Source: a virus. Taken from it: a stretch of DNA of 64,000 nucleotides. Position numbers and translations under genes: made by a program. The DNA lies in the IMG/VR virus record IMGVR_UViG_3300044856_000216, positions 64,001 through 128,000 of that record. One strand, 5' to 3'. Under the pieces are notes generated by a model. The model had not been told where the DNA came from. It saw only the letters and a program-made list of their open reading frames with translations, and searched no databases. Shown here one piece after another: positions 28,010 through 37,706 of this stretch. The first letter of the stretch is position 1. The number at the start of each line of letters is the position of its first letter.

Positions 28010-28215
28010 CTCTCTCCAATCTCAAATAATTCATTACCTGAAAAATCAGTCATATCTTGTAATACTGCATGAGCAAATTCTTTTGCGTATTCTGACCATA
28101 TTTTATCTTGCAATTCTTCTACACTTAATCTTTCAAGCTCATAATCCTTAACGAATTTCCGAACTATATTTTTCATTCTGTATTCATAATCTTCTTCTAT
28201 TATTGGAATATGCAT
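28006..28215 (-). CDS. hypothetical protein
   Basis: 69 aa; leftward small-ORF array. Confidence 0.5.
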   Translation of the reverse strand: MHIPIIEEDYEYRMKNIVRKFVKDYELERLSVEELQDKIWSEYAKEFAHAVLQDMTDFSGNELFEIGER

Positions 28216-28232
28216 ATCTTATACCTCCAATC

Positions 28233-28562
28233 TTATAATTTTATCTTTCCATAATCAGGAATCATCTGAATAAATTCATCTGCATTTGTAAACTGTTTAT
28301 TGATTTCAATCCAATATTGTTCGTTATTTGTATCTGTACAACAAGCTTCTAATTTAAAATCATGCTGTGCGTAAATCGTTAAACATAATTCCGCTTTCTG
28401 AATAGATACACCCTCTGGAACTTCTTCAACAGTTGCATATTCTTCTAAAAAGTCATCAATTTCGCTTTCTTTTAAATCATAATTGTAAAATGCCTGTAAT
28501 GGTTTGTCTGTGTCATCTAACTCATTAAATGTAATTTTTGTATAATCTAACATATTAAGCAA
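28233..28562 (-). CDS. hypothetical protein
   Basis: 109 aa; leftward small-ORF array. Confidence 0.5.
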   Translation of the reverse strand: MLNMLDYTKITFNELDDTDKPLQAFYNYDLKESEIDDFLEEYATVEEVPEGVSIQKAELCLTIYAQHDFKLEACCTDTNNEQYWIEINKQFTNADEFIQMIPDYGKIKL

Positions 28563-28791
28563 TCCTTTCTACACTACAGAAGAAATCATCTTCTGTAAAA
28601 CTATATCCATCATAGTGTTCATAAATAAATTCATCACTAACATATTCATCAATACTTGCAATCATTTCATATGATGGTTCATTGATATTAACTCCCATCA
28701 CTTCTGCAAAAGTGCCTTCATTTACAAGTTCTGAATAATATGCCTGTTTCAATTCGTGTAACTGATCTCTATTTAATTCTCTCGCTGTCAT
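28555..28791 (-). CDS. hypothetical acidic protein
   Basis: 78 aa; overlaps the neighbour by 8 nt. Confidence 0.5.
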   Translation of the reverse strand: MTARELNRDQLHELKQAYYSELVNEGTFAEVMGVNINEPSYEMIASIDEYVSDEFIYEHYDGYSFTEDDFFCSVERIA

Positions 28792-28804
28792 AATTTATCA
28801 CTCC

Positions 28805-29290
28805 TTATGCAACTTTTGTTATTTCCATGTAGCAACCATTCATAGCTTTATCATACTGTCTAATATCATAGAGCCAACTAAACGGAACTTTAACAGTTCC
28901 TTCTTTTTTCAATTTTTCCATTACTTCCCCAATAGAAAAATAGCCCTGCATCCAACCATAGCCTGATAAATACTGTTGTCTATCCAAATTACACAGTCTG
29001 TCATGATATTTGATTGTATTTTTCTTTAGAAATTTAATATATCTATCAGATAATCCATAATTTTCTTCTGGGTTGTCATCACTGTATTCCGACATAACAA
29101 ATGAATTTCCGTGGAATAATTCAAGCTGCCACATTACTTCTCTCATATTATAAAGAGTTCTCGTTATTCCGTTTATTGCAATCATATAATCATTTCGTGT
29201 GCCAGGTTCCCAATTCTTTTTACTACATCTTCCGCATTTATATGTATCTGTATTAATTATCATTTTATATCTCGCCATACAATCAACCAT
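28805..29290 (-). CDS. hypothetical protein
   Basis: 161 aa. Confidence 0.55.
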   Translation of the reverse strand: MVDCMARYKMIINTDTYKCGRCSKKNWEPGTRNDYMIAINGITRTLYNMREVMWQLELFHGNSFVMSEYSDDNPEENYGLSDRYIKFLKKNTIKYHDRLCNLDRQQYLSGYGWMQGYFSIGEVMEKLKKEGTVKVPFSWLYDIRQYDKAMNGCYMEITKVA

Positions 29291-29295
29291 CCTTT

Positions 29296-29598
29296 CTATA
29301 ATTCAAATTCCACGATTCTTCCAGAACTTAACACTACATATTCATCTCCATTTTCTGCAATATGATTTCCAAGCTCTGTATAATCAAGAACCGCCTCAAT
29401 ATGATGATCTAATTCTCCAATTACGTTATCAATATAATTACTTGCCAAGTCATAAGCGGAATCAAATATTGCTACAATATGTAAATCATCTTCTGTTACA
29501 TTGTCGTTAAAATTTCCAAGAAGTTCATCAACTTCCCTTTCCCATATATCCTGATCTAATAAGTATTCTCTTAATTCTTCCATGATTTTATCCTCCAA
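29296..29598 (-). CDS. hypothetical acidic protein
   Basis: 100 aa, D/E-rich. Confidence 0.5.
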   Translation of the reverse strand: MEDKIMEELREYLLDQDIWEREVDELLGNFNDNVTEDDLHIVAIFDSAYDLASNYIDNVIGELDHHIEAVLDYTELGNHIAENGDEYVVLSSGRIVEFEL

Positions 29599-29614
29599 TC
29601 TTAAAATGAAATTG

Positions 29615-30070
29615 CTATTTCTTCACTCTTCCATCCCAGTTTTCTTCGTTGATCCATTTCATAAAATACTCTGTATCAACGTCTCCGTATTCATCAGTAG
29701 TTCTTTCAACAAATTCATCATAGATTTCCTCTGTAACTGAATCCAAACAATCAAATATCTTTAAATCATCATCACATTCCAAAACTGCTGAATATCCGTT
29801 ATTCCAAGCATATATTAAACAAGCCAAGAAATAATACTGTTCTACGCTTATTCCATTTCCATCGCAATCATAAAATGGTTCATCCAATTCTAAGTCCGAA
29901 ATAAGAAATCTGACATAATCTGCAAATTGTCTTTTATATTCTGCCGACATTCCTTTTGGCAACCATCTATTTGCTAAATCAACAAGCCTTTTTTCATCAA
30001 CTACCATCCGTTTACCTTCTAATGTATATGTTGTCATTTCCATCACTCCAATCTTATAAAAAATCTCCAC
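29615..30070 (-). CDS. hypothetical protein
   Basis: 151 aa. Confidence 0.55.
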   Translation of the reverse strand: MEIFYKIGVMEMTTYTLEGKRMVVDEKRLVDLANRWLPKGMSAEYKRQFADYVRFLISDLELDEPFYDCDGNGISVEQYYFLACLIYAWNNGYSAVLECDDDLKIFDCLDSVTEEIYDEFVERTTDEYGDVDTEYFMKWINEENWDGRVKK

Positions 30071-30275
30071 ACGCTAACAATTCACCATAACTCATATCTG
30101 AATATGGTCGTTCAAAATAGAATCGTTGAGCTTCAGGATAATTTTCTCTTGCCTTTTCTATTTTCCTATCTTTCCATAATTCCATATAATCTTCATCAAG
30201 ATCGTTTCCAACATTGAATGTTTCGACCTTGACTTCATCTCCACATTCATCAACCATAATTAAATCTAATTTCAT
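30054..30275 (-). CDS. hypothetical protein
   Basis: 73 aa. Confidence 0.5.
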   Translation of the reverse strand: MKLDLIMVDECGDEVKVETFNVGNDLDEDYMELWKDRKIEKARENYPEAQRFYFERPYSDMSYGELLACGDFL

Positions 30276-30290
30276 TTACATCACTCCAAT

Positions 30291-30632
30291 CTATGCTTCA
30301 TAATCAAATTCACTCAATCCACCTTGTTCTTTAACCCACCAGATAATATCTTGTGGATCTTCTTTTATGATGTCCGTTCCATCTTCAATTGCATTATCTA
30401 CTGCAAGAAGGATAATCGTTATCAAATTTTCCATTGATGTCTTTGGTTTATACATTTCTCTACGAATTAACACCGCAAGATAATCATACATACACCATTT
30501 CTCTTTTGGATATATGTTATAATCTTTTTCCTCCGTCCATTCGCCAGTCCACTGATTTACCATATAATCACTCTCTAATCTCTTCTGAAATTTCTTTTCG
30601 TGTTCCTCTAATAGAACAACCTTCTGTATCAT
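30291..30632 (-). CDS. hypothetical protein
   Basis: 113 aa; a probable internal start near 30563 would abut the upstream stop. Confidence 0.5.
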   Translation of the reverse strand: MIQKVVLLEEHEKKFQKRLESDYMVNQWTGEWTEEKDYNIYPKEKWCMYDYLAVLIRREMYKPKTSMENLITIILLAVDNAIEDGTDIIKEDPQDIIWWVKEQGGLSEFDYEA

Positions 30633-30801
30633 GTTTGTTTAGAATGTTCCAAATTGCATTTTCTTCAGCTTCGGTAAGACTAAATCCTTCCCAATAACCG
30701 AAATCATCTTTACCATGCTCGATTACAATTCCTGAAACTTTGCACATACTCATACCTCCTTGTAATCTTCCAGCAGCTCGTTTAGATTTCCTTTTCTCCA
30801 C
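30568..30801 (-). CDS. hypothetical protein
   Basis: 77 aa; probable internal start near 30753. Confidence 0.5.
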   Translation of the reverse strand: MEKRKSKRAAGRLQGGMSMCKVSGIVIEHGKDDFGYWEGFSLTEAEENAIWNILNKHDTEGCSIRGTRKEISEEIRE

Positions 30802-30968
30802 CGATGAAGTTTCCCATCACCAGTATAATTTCTAACAACTCCAACCTTACGACTTGCAACTTTCTGGTCATACTCTATGTATTGACGAACAGAATTGTGA
30901 TAATGTCCGTCATTATGAACTTCAATATATTTCCGTTTGTTTCTCTTGTTCTGATATGTTTTAATCAT
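30750..30968 (-). CDS. hypothetical protein
   Basis: 72 aa. Confidence 0.5.
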   Translation of the reverse strand: MIKTYQNKRNKRKYIEVHNDGHYHNSVRQYIEYDQKVASRKVGVVRNYTGDGKLHRWRKGNLNELLEDYKEV

Positions 30969-31198
30969 TCTCGCACCTCCACAATTTCAATCTCGAAATC
31001 ATCAGGATCATATTCACTGCCCTCAATGTCCCAATCTCTCATATATTCTTCTTTTGCAAGTTCGCTCTCTTCTCTTGCTTCTTCTTCGGTTTCATAGAGA
31101 TAACCCAAATCTGAACTATCTCTAAGCCATCCGCCATCATGCCAAATTATATATTTAAACATATTAATATCCCTCCAATCGCTTCCATTCATTGTCAA
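30965..31198 (-). CDS. hypothetical strongly acidic protein
   Basis: 77 aa; probable internal start near 31162. Confidence 0.5.
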   Translation of the reverse strand: MTMNGSDWRDINMFKYIIWHDGGWLRDSSDLGYLYETEEEAREESELAKEEYMRDWDIEGSEYDPDDFEIEIVEVRE

Positions 31199-31373
31199 TC
31201 TGTTCCCATGCTGTAGGATTTAAGCCATACAAATCCTTTTTGAACAATTCATCATATCTTTTGTCCATCTGCTCTTTTGTATTGAAAAATTCTTCGTGGT
31301 CTAAATTGCCTTTATCTATACCAGACAGTTTGTAAATTCGCAGCTTATACATGGTTACACCTCCTAACACCAT
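31164..31373 (-). CDS. hypothetical protein
   Basis: 69 aa. Confidence 0.5.
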   Translation of the reverse strand: MVLGGVTMYKLRIYKLSGIDKGNLDHEEFFNTKEQMDKRYDELFKKDLYGLNPTAWEQIDNEWKRLEGY

Positions 31374-31549
31374 AAGCCTAACTCATTCATTACTTGGTAA
31401 ATTCCCTTTTGTAATGAAGTACCTGCATATTTATCTACATCATCTTCAGTAAAGTTATCATTTTCCTCAAAAATATCATTAATTTTTTGGCATAGGTTAC
31501 TTAATTCCATTTTTTGTTCTTCTGTTAATTTATTTAGTAATTCTTCCAT
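31364..31549 (-). CDS. hypothetical protein
   Basis: 61 aa. Confidence 0.5.
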   Translation of the reverse strand: MEELLNKLTEEQKMELSNLCQKINDIFEENDNFTEDDVDKYAGTSLQKGIYQVMNELGLWC

Positions 31550-31553
31550 TTAA

Positions 31554-31748
31554 TCACTCTCCCTTACAATTTTTTAAATAATCAGCTTTCTGTTTTTTAT
31601 ATTCTGCTTCAATTTTATCTAGTCTTTTCTGTTCTTCATCGCACTCTTCTTGTGATTCAAATACATCATAATAATGTGTATCTCCATTCCAACGACATCG
31701 CACAATTTTATCTTTCTCTTCGTCTGTTAATTGATAAACTCTGTACAT
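31554..31748 (-). CDS. hypothetical protein
   Basis: 64 aa. Confidence 0.5.
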   Translation of the reverse strand: MYRVYQLTDEEKDKIVRCRWNGDTHYYDVFESQEECDEEQKRLDKIEAEYKKQKADYLKNCKGE

Positions 31749-31751
31749 TTT

Positions 31752-31928
31752 TCATCTCTCTCCTTTCAAATTAGGACATAAACCAAGACCACCATCAATT
31801 TCAGGTACTCTTCTATACGCTCCTCTGTGTGGACATTCTTCTTTTTTACATTCGGTACAATCGCATTTTTGATATTCCTCATAACTCATTTTCCAGTTTG
31901 TCTCTGCAAATCTTTCTCTTGTCATCAT
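31752..31928 (-). CDS. small Cys-rich protein (58 aa)
   Basis: Own translation MMTRERFAETNWKMSYEEYQKCDCTECKKEECPH...; ATGA overlap with the upstream stop. Confidence 0.4.
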   Translation of the reverse strand: MMTRERFAETNWKMSYEEYQKCDCTECKKEECPHRGAYRRVPEIDGGLGLCPNLKGER

Positions 31929-32257
31929 AATTCCTGCACCTCCAATGCTTTCTGTACTTTTTCATTAAATTCCCCATACATTGATTCCCATTCCTTAATA
32001 ATCTCTTCTGTTGGTTCACCAATAAGATTGTATCTTTCCTGTCTGTAATGCTCTGGATTATCAGTATGAACCTCTTCTACATATACTGCATTTCCCATTT
32101 TACTTGCATCACATCCAAACCCACTTAATGCAAGTACAATCTGATACTTTGCTTCTCTAAATTCTAGTTTGAAAAAATCTGGTTTAATTACTACCAACTT
32201 ACCTTCAATATTGTCACTTAATGGTTTACATTCGCTTCTATCAATTATTGTTTTCAT
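31925..32257 (-). CDS. hypothetical protein
   Basis: 110 aa. Confidence 0.55.
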   Translation of the reverse strand: MKTIIDRSECKPLSDNIEGKLVVIKPDFFKLEFREAKYQIVLALSGFGCDASKMGNAVYVEEVHTDNPEHYRQERYNLIGEPTEEIIKEWESMYGEFNEKVQKALEVQEL

Positions 32258-32303
32258 ATTTTGTACCTCACTTTCTTTTCAAGAAACAGTTCTTTCCTTT
32301 GGT

Positions 32304-33197
32304 TTATGCTACTGCCCCAACGCTGTCATACAATGTTTCGCTTACTCCAAAATCAAGTGCAACATCCTTAATAAGTTCATCGCCCCACTTATCATTAAAA
32401 AATCCCCAACAATTGTCTTTTTCTTCCCAATCATCGGTATCTGCATCATATTCTTCTGTAATAATTCCGTACACTTCGCCAGTCAGATACTGATCATATA
32501 CCTCAACTTCTCCTTCCATCCACTGATAAGCTGCTTTCTTCCAATTTCTATCAGTAATTTTTACATAATTTCCATTTTCATTTTGCAACATTCCACCAGT
32601 TTCCATAATTGTCTTTTTATCTGTATAAATATATCCGACTTGACCAGAATCCCATCTATCACTAAATCCACCAGTATTCATTGTGATTCCGCTATGGTCA
32701 TACAGATAAAGTGGAAGATATACAATGTTTGCGTGTTTCTCTAACAAATACCATTTATCTTTCTGTGGTAAAGCTTCAATCATATCATCGACTAACCAAT
32801 CAAGTGATTCATATTCTTCTATTACATCAAATTTTGCTTCTCTGCTTGTGCCAAGTGGAAACCAATAATATGTTCCCCATAACTGCCACATCTGTTCATG
32901 TCTGTCATATCTCAACTCAAGTCCATTAGATGCTTTCTTTGCCTTGATATAATTGATGATTGATTTATCTTCTACATTTTCCCTTATGAGATTATTTAAA
33001 AAGTCCTCATTGTCGTTGTAATCATTATCCTTATAATCTCCCAGTCTATAATCTCTATGCCAACACATCATTTTGCCTATTTGACCATCCCAATCGTACC
33101 GTGGATCAAGTGGTTCATTATCCTGTTCAATATGTAGTCTCATAAGCTTTCCGTTATCTTTATAGTATCTGTATTCTTTATCTGCCATATCAATCAA
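32304..33197 (-). CDS. hypothetical protein
   Basis: 297 aa; W/D/Y-rich, LYLYDHSGITMN segment. Confidence 0.65.
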   Translation of the reverse strand: MIDMADKEYRYYKDNGKLMRLHIEQDNEPLDPRYDWDGQIGKMMCWHRDYRLGDYKDNDYNDNEDFLNNLIRENVEDKSIINYIKAKKASNGLELRYDRHEQMWQLWGTYYWFPLGTSREAKFDVIEEYESLDWLVDDMIEALPQKDKWYLLEKHANIVYLPLYLYDHSGITMNTGGFSDRWDSGQVGYIYTDKKTIMETGGMLQNENGNYVKITDRNWKKAAYQWMEGEVEVYDQYLTGEVYGIITEEYDADTDDWEEKDNCWGFFNDKWGDELIKDVALDFGVSETLYDSVGAVA

Positions 33198-33206
33198 CCT
33201 CGCTTT

Positions 33207-33878
33207 CTATGCTATCTGCCTTACTATATCTTCAATGTTTCCATTCATTACAATCACAGCATCTTTGTTATCAGGATGTTCATTCATAAAATCTCTTAAT
33301 CCTTCAAACTTCTTATTGTCTGCATTTTCAATCATCTGCCTTACATCTTTATTGTGCAGCTTAATCAGATAAACCTTTTCATAATACTGTTTGAATAATA
33401 GATTTTTCTTTTCACAATACTGCTTAATCAAGTCAATCTGTTTCTGTTCCTCTTCTCTGATTGCTTCAACCCTTGCTTTCTCATTGGCTTCTGCTTGTTC
33501 TTTTCGCTTACGATTTCCAATCAGATGATTAAATAATGAGTTTGTTTCACACAGATTCTTAATAACTGCATTGTCAATGTCATATGCATCAGGATTATCT
33601 TTGTCAATCCACCATAAGAAATTATCAATCGTCCTGTTGAAATTCTCTTCAAAGATACATCTGTTACCAAGATTTCTGTTGTAAATTTCCTCTCCGTTTC
33701 GCTCAATCCGTAATGATATATATACATTTTCATCTGGTTTATTGTTATAGATAGTCCATTCATATCTATCCTGTCTGCCATATACGGTTAATCCGTATGC
33801 ACTGCATAGCTGCTTCTCTTCATTCTTTAAATATAAAAGTCCCATTCTGTTCTCCTTCCTAATAAATAAGACAGACAC
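33207..33878 (-). CDS. hypothetical protein
   Basis: 223 aa; probable start at 33842. Confidence 0.6.
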   Translation of the reverse strand: MSVLFIRKENRMGLLYLKNEEKQLCSAYGLTVYGRQDRYEWTIYNNKPDENVYISLRIERNGEEIYNRNLGNRCIFEENFNRTIDNFLWWIDKDNPDAYDIDNAVIKNLCETNSLFNHLIGNRKRKEQAEANEKARVEAIREEEQKQIDLIKQYCEKKNLLFKQYYEKVYLIKLHNKDVRQMIENADNKKFEGLRDFMNEHPDNKDAVIVMNGNIEDIVRQIA

Positions 33879-33911
33879 ATTTTGTTTGCGTCTGCCTTAT
33901 TATTCTCTGTA

Positions 33912-34166
33912 TTAGTCTTCATCTTCTTCAAAATCAATATCATCTCTTTCAAATTCATCCGAATCAAAAAGATATTCTGCATTGGTTGCAACTGGAATTT
34001 CATCAATATGATCTTGTGCATAAGCAAATGCAATATCATACTGTTCTTCTTCTGTTTTACCTTCTAATAATTCTACAGGAATATCAATACCTGTATCTCC
34101 AACAAATGTATAAGCCATACTAATATGCAATCTTTTTGTTTTCTTTGTATCTGCCATAATTATCAC
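33912..34166 (-). CDS. hypothetical strongly acidic protein
   Basis: 84 aa ending DSDEFERDDIDFEEDED. Confidence 0.5.
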   Translation of the reverse strand: MIIMADTKKTKRLHISMAYTFVGDTGIDIPVELLEGKTEEEQYDIAFAYAQDHIDEIPVATNAEYLFDSDEFERDDIDFEEDED

Positions 34167-34202
34167 CTTTTACCTTTCTAAAATTTCACTGTAAATTACA
34201 AT

Positions 34203-34439
34203 TTACTTTGCTTTTTCGTTCTGAAATACAACGTCTGATATTTGTTTTATTAATCTTTCAGCATCATTAACTCTCCTTGCTAAAACATCATCTGTACAAA
34301 AATCCCATTGCTCATCTTCATTTACCTTTTTTATTATCTGTAACGACTGAGATAATAACGTGTTAATGCTTCCTAATGTTTTTAATGTATTATCTTTATC
34401 AATAATATGTTTTGCCATATAATCACGCTCCTTTACCAC
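34203..34439 (-). CDS. hypothetical protein
   Basis: 78 aa. Confidence 0.5.
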   Translation of the reverse strand: MVKERDYMAKHIIDKDNTLKTLGSINTLLSQSLQIIKKVNEDEQWDFCTDDVLARRVNDAERLIKQISDVVFQNEKAK

Positions 34440-34780
34440 TCAGGCTCTTTATCAATCAAGCCCAAGTAAAATTCATGCTTTGCTCCATCATTAAAATATT
34501 CTCGCAAATCAGCAAGTGTTTTAGCTCCATTTTTCAACGCTTTATAATCTGCAAGTACCATATCATCTGTATATTTTGTATACTCGTTCCTACCAATGCT
34601 TAATCTAAAAGTTTCACCTGTTCTAACCCAACCCCATTTCCCTGTATTTTTTGCTTTCGGATAAGCACCTATCATATACCCATATAAATCTGGATATTTT
34701 TCTGAATTTTCGCTATGCCAATCTTCAAGCTGTATTTTCGTTCCGTCTGATAAAACAGTCTTGTCAATTATTTTCTGCAT
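34433..34780 (-). CDS. hypothetical protein
   Basis: 115 aa. Confidence 0.55.
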   Translation of the reverse strand: MQKIIDKTVLSDGTKIQLEDWHSENSEKYPDLYGYMIGAYPKAKNTGKWGWVRTGETFRLSIGRNEYTKYTDDMVLADYKALKNGAKTLADLREYFNDGAKHEFYLGLIDKEPEW

Positions 34781-35045
34781 AACACTCTACCTTCCTTTCA
34801 ATTCTAAACCTCGTATTTTCTGGATATGCTTCATAAATTCGTTTACACCAATTTTCATCCTTAATACATTCAGTTAGATATTTGTTATCAGGTGTGAAAT
34901 AATATGCCTTGCGTCCTTCTTCTGGTGAATCATCTATTGTATCTTTCCATTTTGTGATAATCACCATTTCATATTTTTTGTTTCCGTCATATGAAGTACC
35001 AGCTAAATGAGCTGTGTATAATTTGCATTTACTCATATCAGTCAC
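34764..35045 (-). CDS. hypothetical protein
   Basis: 93 aa. Confidence 0.5.
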   Translation of the reverse strand: MTDMSKCKLYTAHLAGTSYDGNKKYEMVIITKWKDTIDDSPEEGRKAYYFTPDNKYLTECIKDENWCKRIYEAYPENTRFRIERKVECYAENN

Positions 35046-35217
35046 TAATCCTTTCTCTCCACGTCTTAATTCGTACAGGATAATTTACATTTTCTTCATA
35101 TGTTTTTAACTGTGCTTTTGCATCTGCATAATCTTCACAATTACATTCAATATCCCATCCATAACCACAATTTCCTTCAATTGCATAACAATCCTTTGTT
35201 TTTCTTTTATATGCCAT
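35038..35217 (-). CDS. small Cys-containing protein (59 aa)
   Basis: Own translation MAYKRKTKDCYAIEGNCGYGWDIECNCEDYADAK... Confidence 0.4.
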   Translation of the reverse strand: MAYKRKTKDCYAIEGNCGYGWDIECNCEDYADAKAQLKTYEENVNYPVRIKTWRERISD

Positions 35218-35219
35218 AA

Positions 35220-35531
35220 TTATTTTTCCTCCTTAATATCATCAGTAAAATAAATGTATTTAAACCATGCACCGCCCCATTCAAGAGCAAGTTTTCCGTT
35301 TGATTTATTCACTAAATCTGAAATTATATATTGTGTGTTTCTATCCATACCACCAGTTGAACCAGACCAATTGATACATAGCTTAACCCCATCTTTATCC
35401 CAATATGTTGTTGTATATGGATCAGTTCCGTTGCCATCTCTATAATCATTTAAATCAATATTTGTTTGTGTTTTGACAAATTCGATTATTGCATCATGGT
35501 TCTTTTTATAAGTTGAATTATCAATCATCAA
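35220..35531 (-). CDS. hypothetical protein
   Basis: 103 aa. Confidence 0.5.
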   Translation of the reverse strand: MMIDNSTYKKNHDAIIEFVKTQTNIDLNDYRDGNGTDPYTTTYWDKDGVKLCINWSGSTGGMDRNTQYIISDLVNKSNGKLALEWGGAWFKYIYFTDDIKEEK

Positions 35532-35941
35532 TATTCCTCCTCATAAAATTTAATTGTTCTTTCCTTTTCAGCTTCATATTTAACTTTATCAGTGAATAAT
35601 GTAAGATAAATATCACCCTCTGTATATGTAAACACTGCCATCTGTTCATCTGAATAAGCATAAGAACTATATCCGTCTACCTGAACCAAGTCGAATTTGC
35701 ATTTCTTTGCGAACTGGTAACTTAAATCAGACATCCAATGTCCACCTAACATGTAATTACCATTTCTATCTTTTGTCTCTTCCATGAAGTTTACATTTGC
35801 AATTCGTTTTGTATCTTCATTTAGTGAATATGAAGATAAATCTAGGTCTGCAATTTCATATTCGCTTTCTACTTTCTTTACTCCAAGTTTTCCAATTAAT
35901 TCAAAATATTCATTTCTCGGAACATATTTCATACTAATCAA
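35528..35941 (-). CDS. hypothetical protein
   Basis: 137 aa. Confidence 0.55.
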   Translation of the reverse strand: MISMKYVPRNEYFELIGKLGVKKVESEYEIADLDLSSYSLNEDTKRIANVNFMEETKDRNGNYMLGGHWMSDLSYQFAKKCKFDLVQVDGYSSYAYSDEQMAVFTYTEGDIYLTLFTDKVKYEAEKERTIKFYEEEY

Positions 35942-35950
35942 CCTGCCTTT

Positions 35951-36376
35951 CTAATTAATCCAACTTTTTGTAACTGTGTCATATGTAGCTCCATTTGCAT
36001 CCTGATACTCAATATCATCTGAATATGTAAACACATAGCACTTGTGATTACTAATTGTTTTTATTTCTCTTTCACCATGCATAATTGCATATCTTTCTCT
36101 GAATCCTGCGTTATCACACATTGTACGCATTTCTTCATCTCGCTTTGGATTTCCACAAGCTGTCTGAACACATCCATATAGCCAACCATTCAAATAATCA
36201 ATGTTGTAACAATACTGTCTCCATGAATCTGAATCATCAGTGAATACATAGAAACTCTCTCCATCGTCTCCTCTTGTAATCCGTGGATAACCAAAGTTTG
36301 CAATAAATGCCCGTAAATTGTCTTTAATCATTTCCATTTCATTTTTTGTGAAATCATACATAATCGTTTCCTCCAT
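35951..36376 (-). CDS. hypothetical protein
   Basis: 141 aa. Confidence 0.55.
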   Translation of the reverse strand: MEETIMYDFTKNEMEMIKDNLRAFIANFGYPRITRGDDGESFYVFTDDSDSWRQYCYNIDYLNGWLYGCVQTACGNPKRDEEMRTMCDNAGFRERYAIMHGEREIKTISNHKCYVFTYSDDIEYQDANGATYDTVTKSWIN

Positions 36377-36384
36377 TTCCTGTA

Positions 36385-36424
36385 ATAAAAATAGGCAGCT
36401 AGGTATTTATTCTCCTAACTGCCT
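36385..36424 (-). terminator. rho-independent terminator
   Basis: AGGCAGUUAGG-N10-CCUAGCUGCCU followed by AUUUUUAUU on the leftward strand. Confidence 0.6.
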
Positions 36425-36428
36425 TTGA

Positions 36429-36569
36429 TTAATTACTAGATAATGAATTGCACAGTTTCCGTACTGGACAATTCTCACATACACTATTATCATTAAGTGT
36501 ATCTTCTACACAATTTAAGCATACAACGTCTACTGCATCCAATATTGCATTTTCTTTTTCTTTATCCAT
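36429..36569 (-). CDS. small zinc-ribbon-like protein (46 aa)
   Basis: Own translation MDKEKENAILDAVDVVCLNCVEDTLNDNSVCENCPVRKLC...; AAGGAG upstream. Confidence 0.4.
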   Translation of the reverse strand: MDKEKENAILDAVDVVCLNCVEDTLNDNSVCENCPVRKLCNSLSSN

Positions 36570-36613
36570 TCTGTATTACTCCTTATCTTGAAATTTTAGT
36601 TTCAAAGCTAAAT

Positions 36614-37150
36614 TTAACTCAATGCTGCAAATCTTTCAGATACGATTTTAAAGCCATTTGCCTTTAAAACTTCCACTGCTTTTTCCGTATCTTTTTTAAC
36701 TTTACGATTATGTTTAAGAATTAAGTTTTCCATTTTATCGTAATCTTTTGAGTCATAATATGTATGCTTAAATCTAAATCTAAGTTTCGCTATTTCTATT
36801 GCCTTTTCTAATCCTTTATTTGTCCATATCTGCTCAAAATGATAATTTGCTGGATTTTTCACTAAGAATACATAGCATTTATCTGCTACAGGTAACAGTT
36901 TTTCTCTTACCAATTTATCAAAAGCATCATCATATGTTGCAATTTTATTTAATTCTTTATGCGAGTTTATATCTTCTATATCGACATTCTCTGATAAAAT
37001 AATATATTCTATTCTGTTTACCCAATGAATCCCTTTATGATAATAATATATTCCATTACCATCACATTCTGTAAAAATACACCATCCATTTTTGTTGATC
37101 AATTCTATCTGATCATTATTCACATCAGAAATTTCTGTATATTTTACCAT
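36614..37150 (-). CDS. hypothetical protein
   Basis: 178 aa. Confidence 0.6.
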   Translation of the reverse strand: MVKYTEISDVNNDQIELINKNGWCIFTECDGNGIYYYHKGIHWVNRIEYIILSENVDIEDINSHKELNKIATYDDAFDKLVREKLLPVADKCYVFLVKNPANYHFEQIWTNKGLEKAIEIAKLRFRFKHTYYDSKDYDKMENLILKHNRKVKKDTEKAVEVLKANGFKIVSERFAALS

Positions 37151-37192
37151 CTTTATTCCTCCAATTTCTTAGTAAATCTTAGTTTCATTCGG

Positions 37193-37477
37193 CTAATACG
37201 CTAATACAGATGTATAATAATCTAACTCAGCTTCATCTAATCCATATTCTTCAGCAGATTCAACGTCTTTCAGTATATTAAAAATCATATCTATTGTCAT
37301 ATCTAACGTATATGATTCCCAATATTCTTCTTTTGTTAAATCATCATCTTCTGAACCGAGAAAATAAAATGCGTTATCACCAATTCTACAGCAAATGCCA
37401 ATACATCCTGCATATTCTTCTTCGATTGAAACAGTTCCAGATTCAAAACCATTTCTAATCATTTCTCTTGTAATCAT
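37193..37477 (-). CDS. hypothetical acidic protein
   Basis: 94 aa. Confidence 0.5.
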   Translation of the reverse strand: MITREMIRNGFESGTVSIEEEYAGCIGICCRIGDNAFYFLGSEDDDLTKEEYWESYTLDMTIDMIFNILKDVESAEEYGLDEAELDYYTSVLAY

Positions 37478-37520
37478 GTCCTATCCTCCAATCTTCTAAA
37501 GAAATGCGAATTTATTTGCC

Positions 37521-37706
37521 TTATCTAAATACATCAATACAAGATAATGGTACATTTAATTCACTTGCTAATTTCTTTCGTGCATTAAATTCACTTTCGG
37601 CTTCTACTTCATAGCTTTTCATTGTTACTGTACAAAATAATTTCCATTTCATCATAATTACCTTCCTTTCTAAAGAAACACGCATATTTAGTGCCAACTT
37701 TCGCAA
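37521..37706 (-). CDS. hypothetical protein
   Basis: 61 aa; probable start near 37655. Confidence 0.45.
   Translation of the reverse strand: MRKLALNMRVSLERKVIMMKWKLFCTVTMKSYEVEAESEFNARKKLASELNVPLSCIDVFR

Noticed and set aside
6872-32744. Numerous antisense or embedded track ORFs (e.g. 6872..7258, 7663..8182, 15544..15999, 24460..24906, 25842..26381, 32169..32744, 38733..39014)
   Set aside because: They lie opposite to or inside longer ORFs with recognisable domains or consistent operon structure. Their products are low-complexity, S/L/F/I-rich sequences typical of AT-rich antisense frames.
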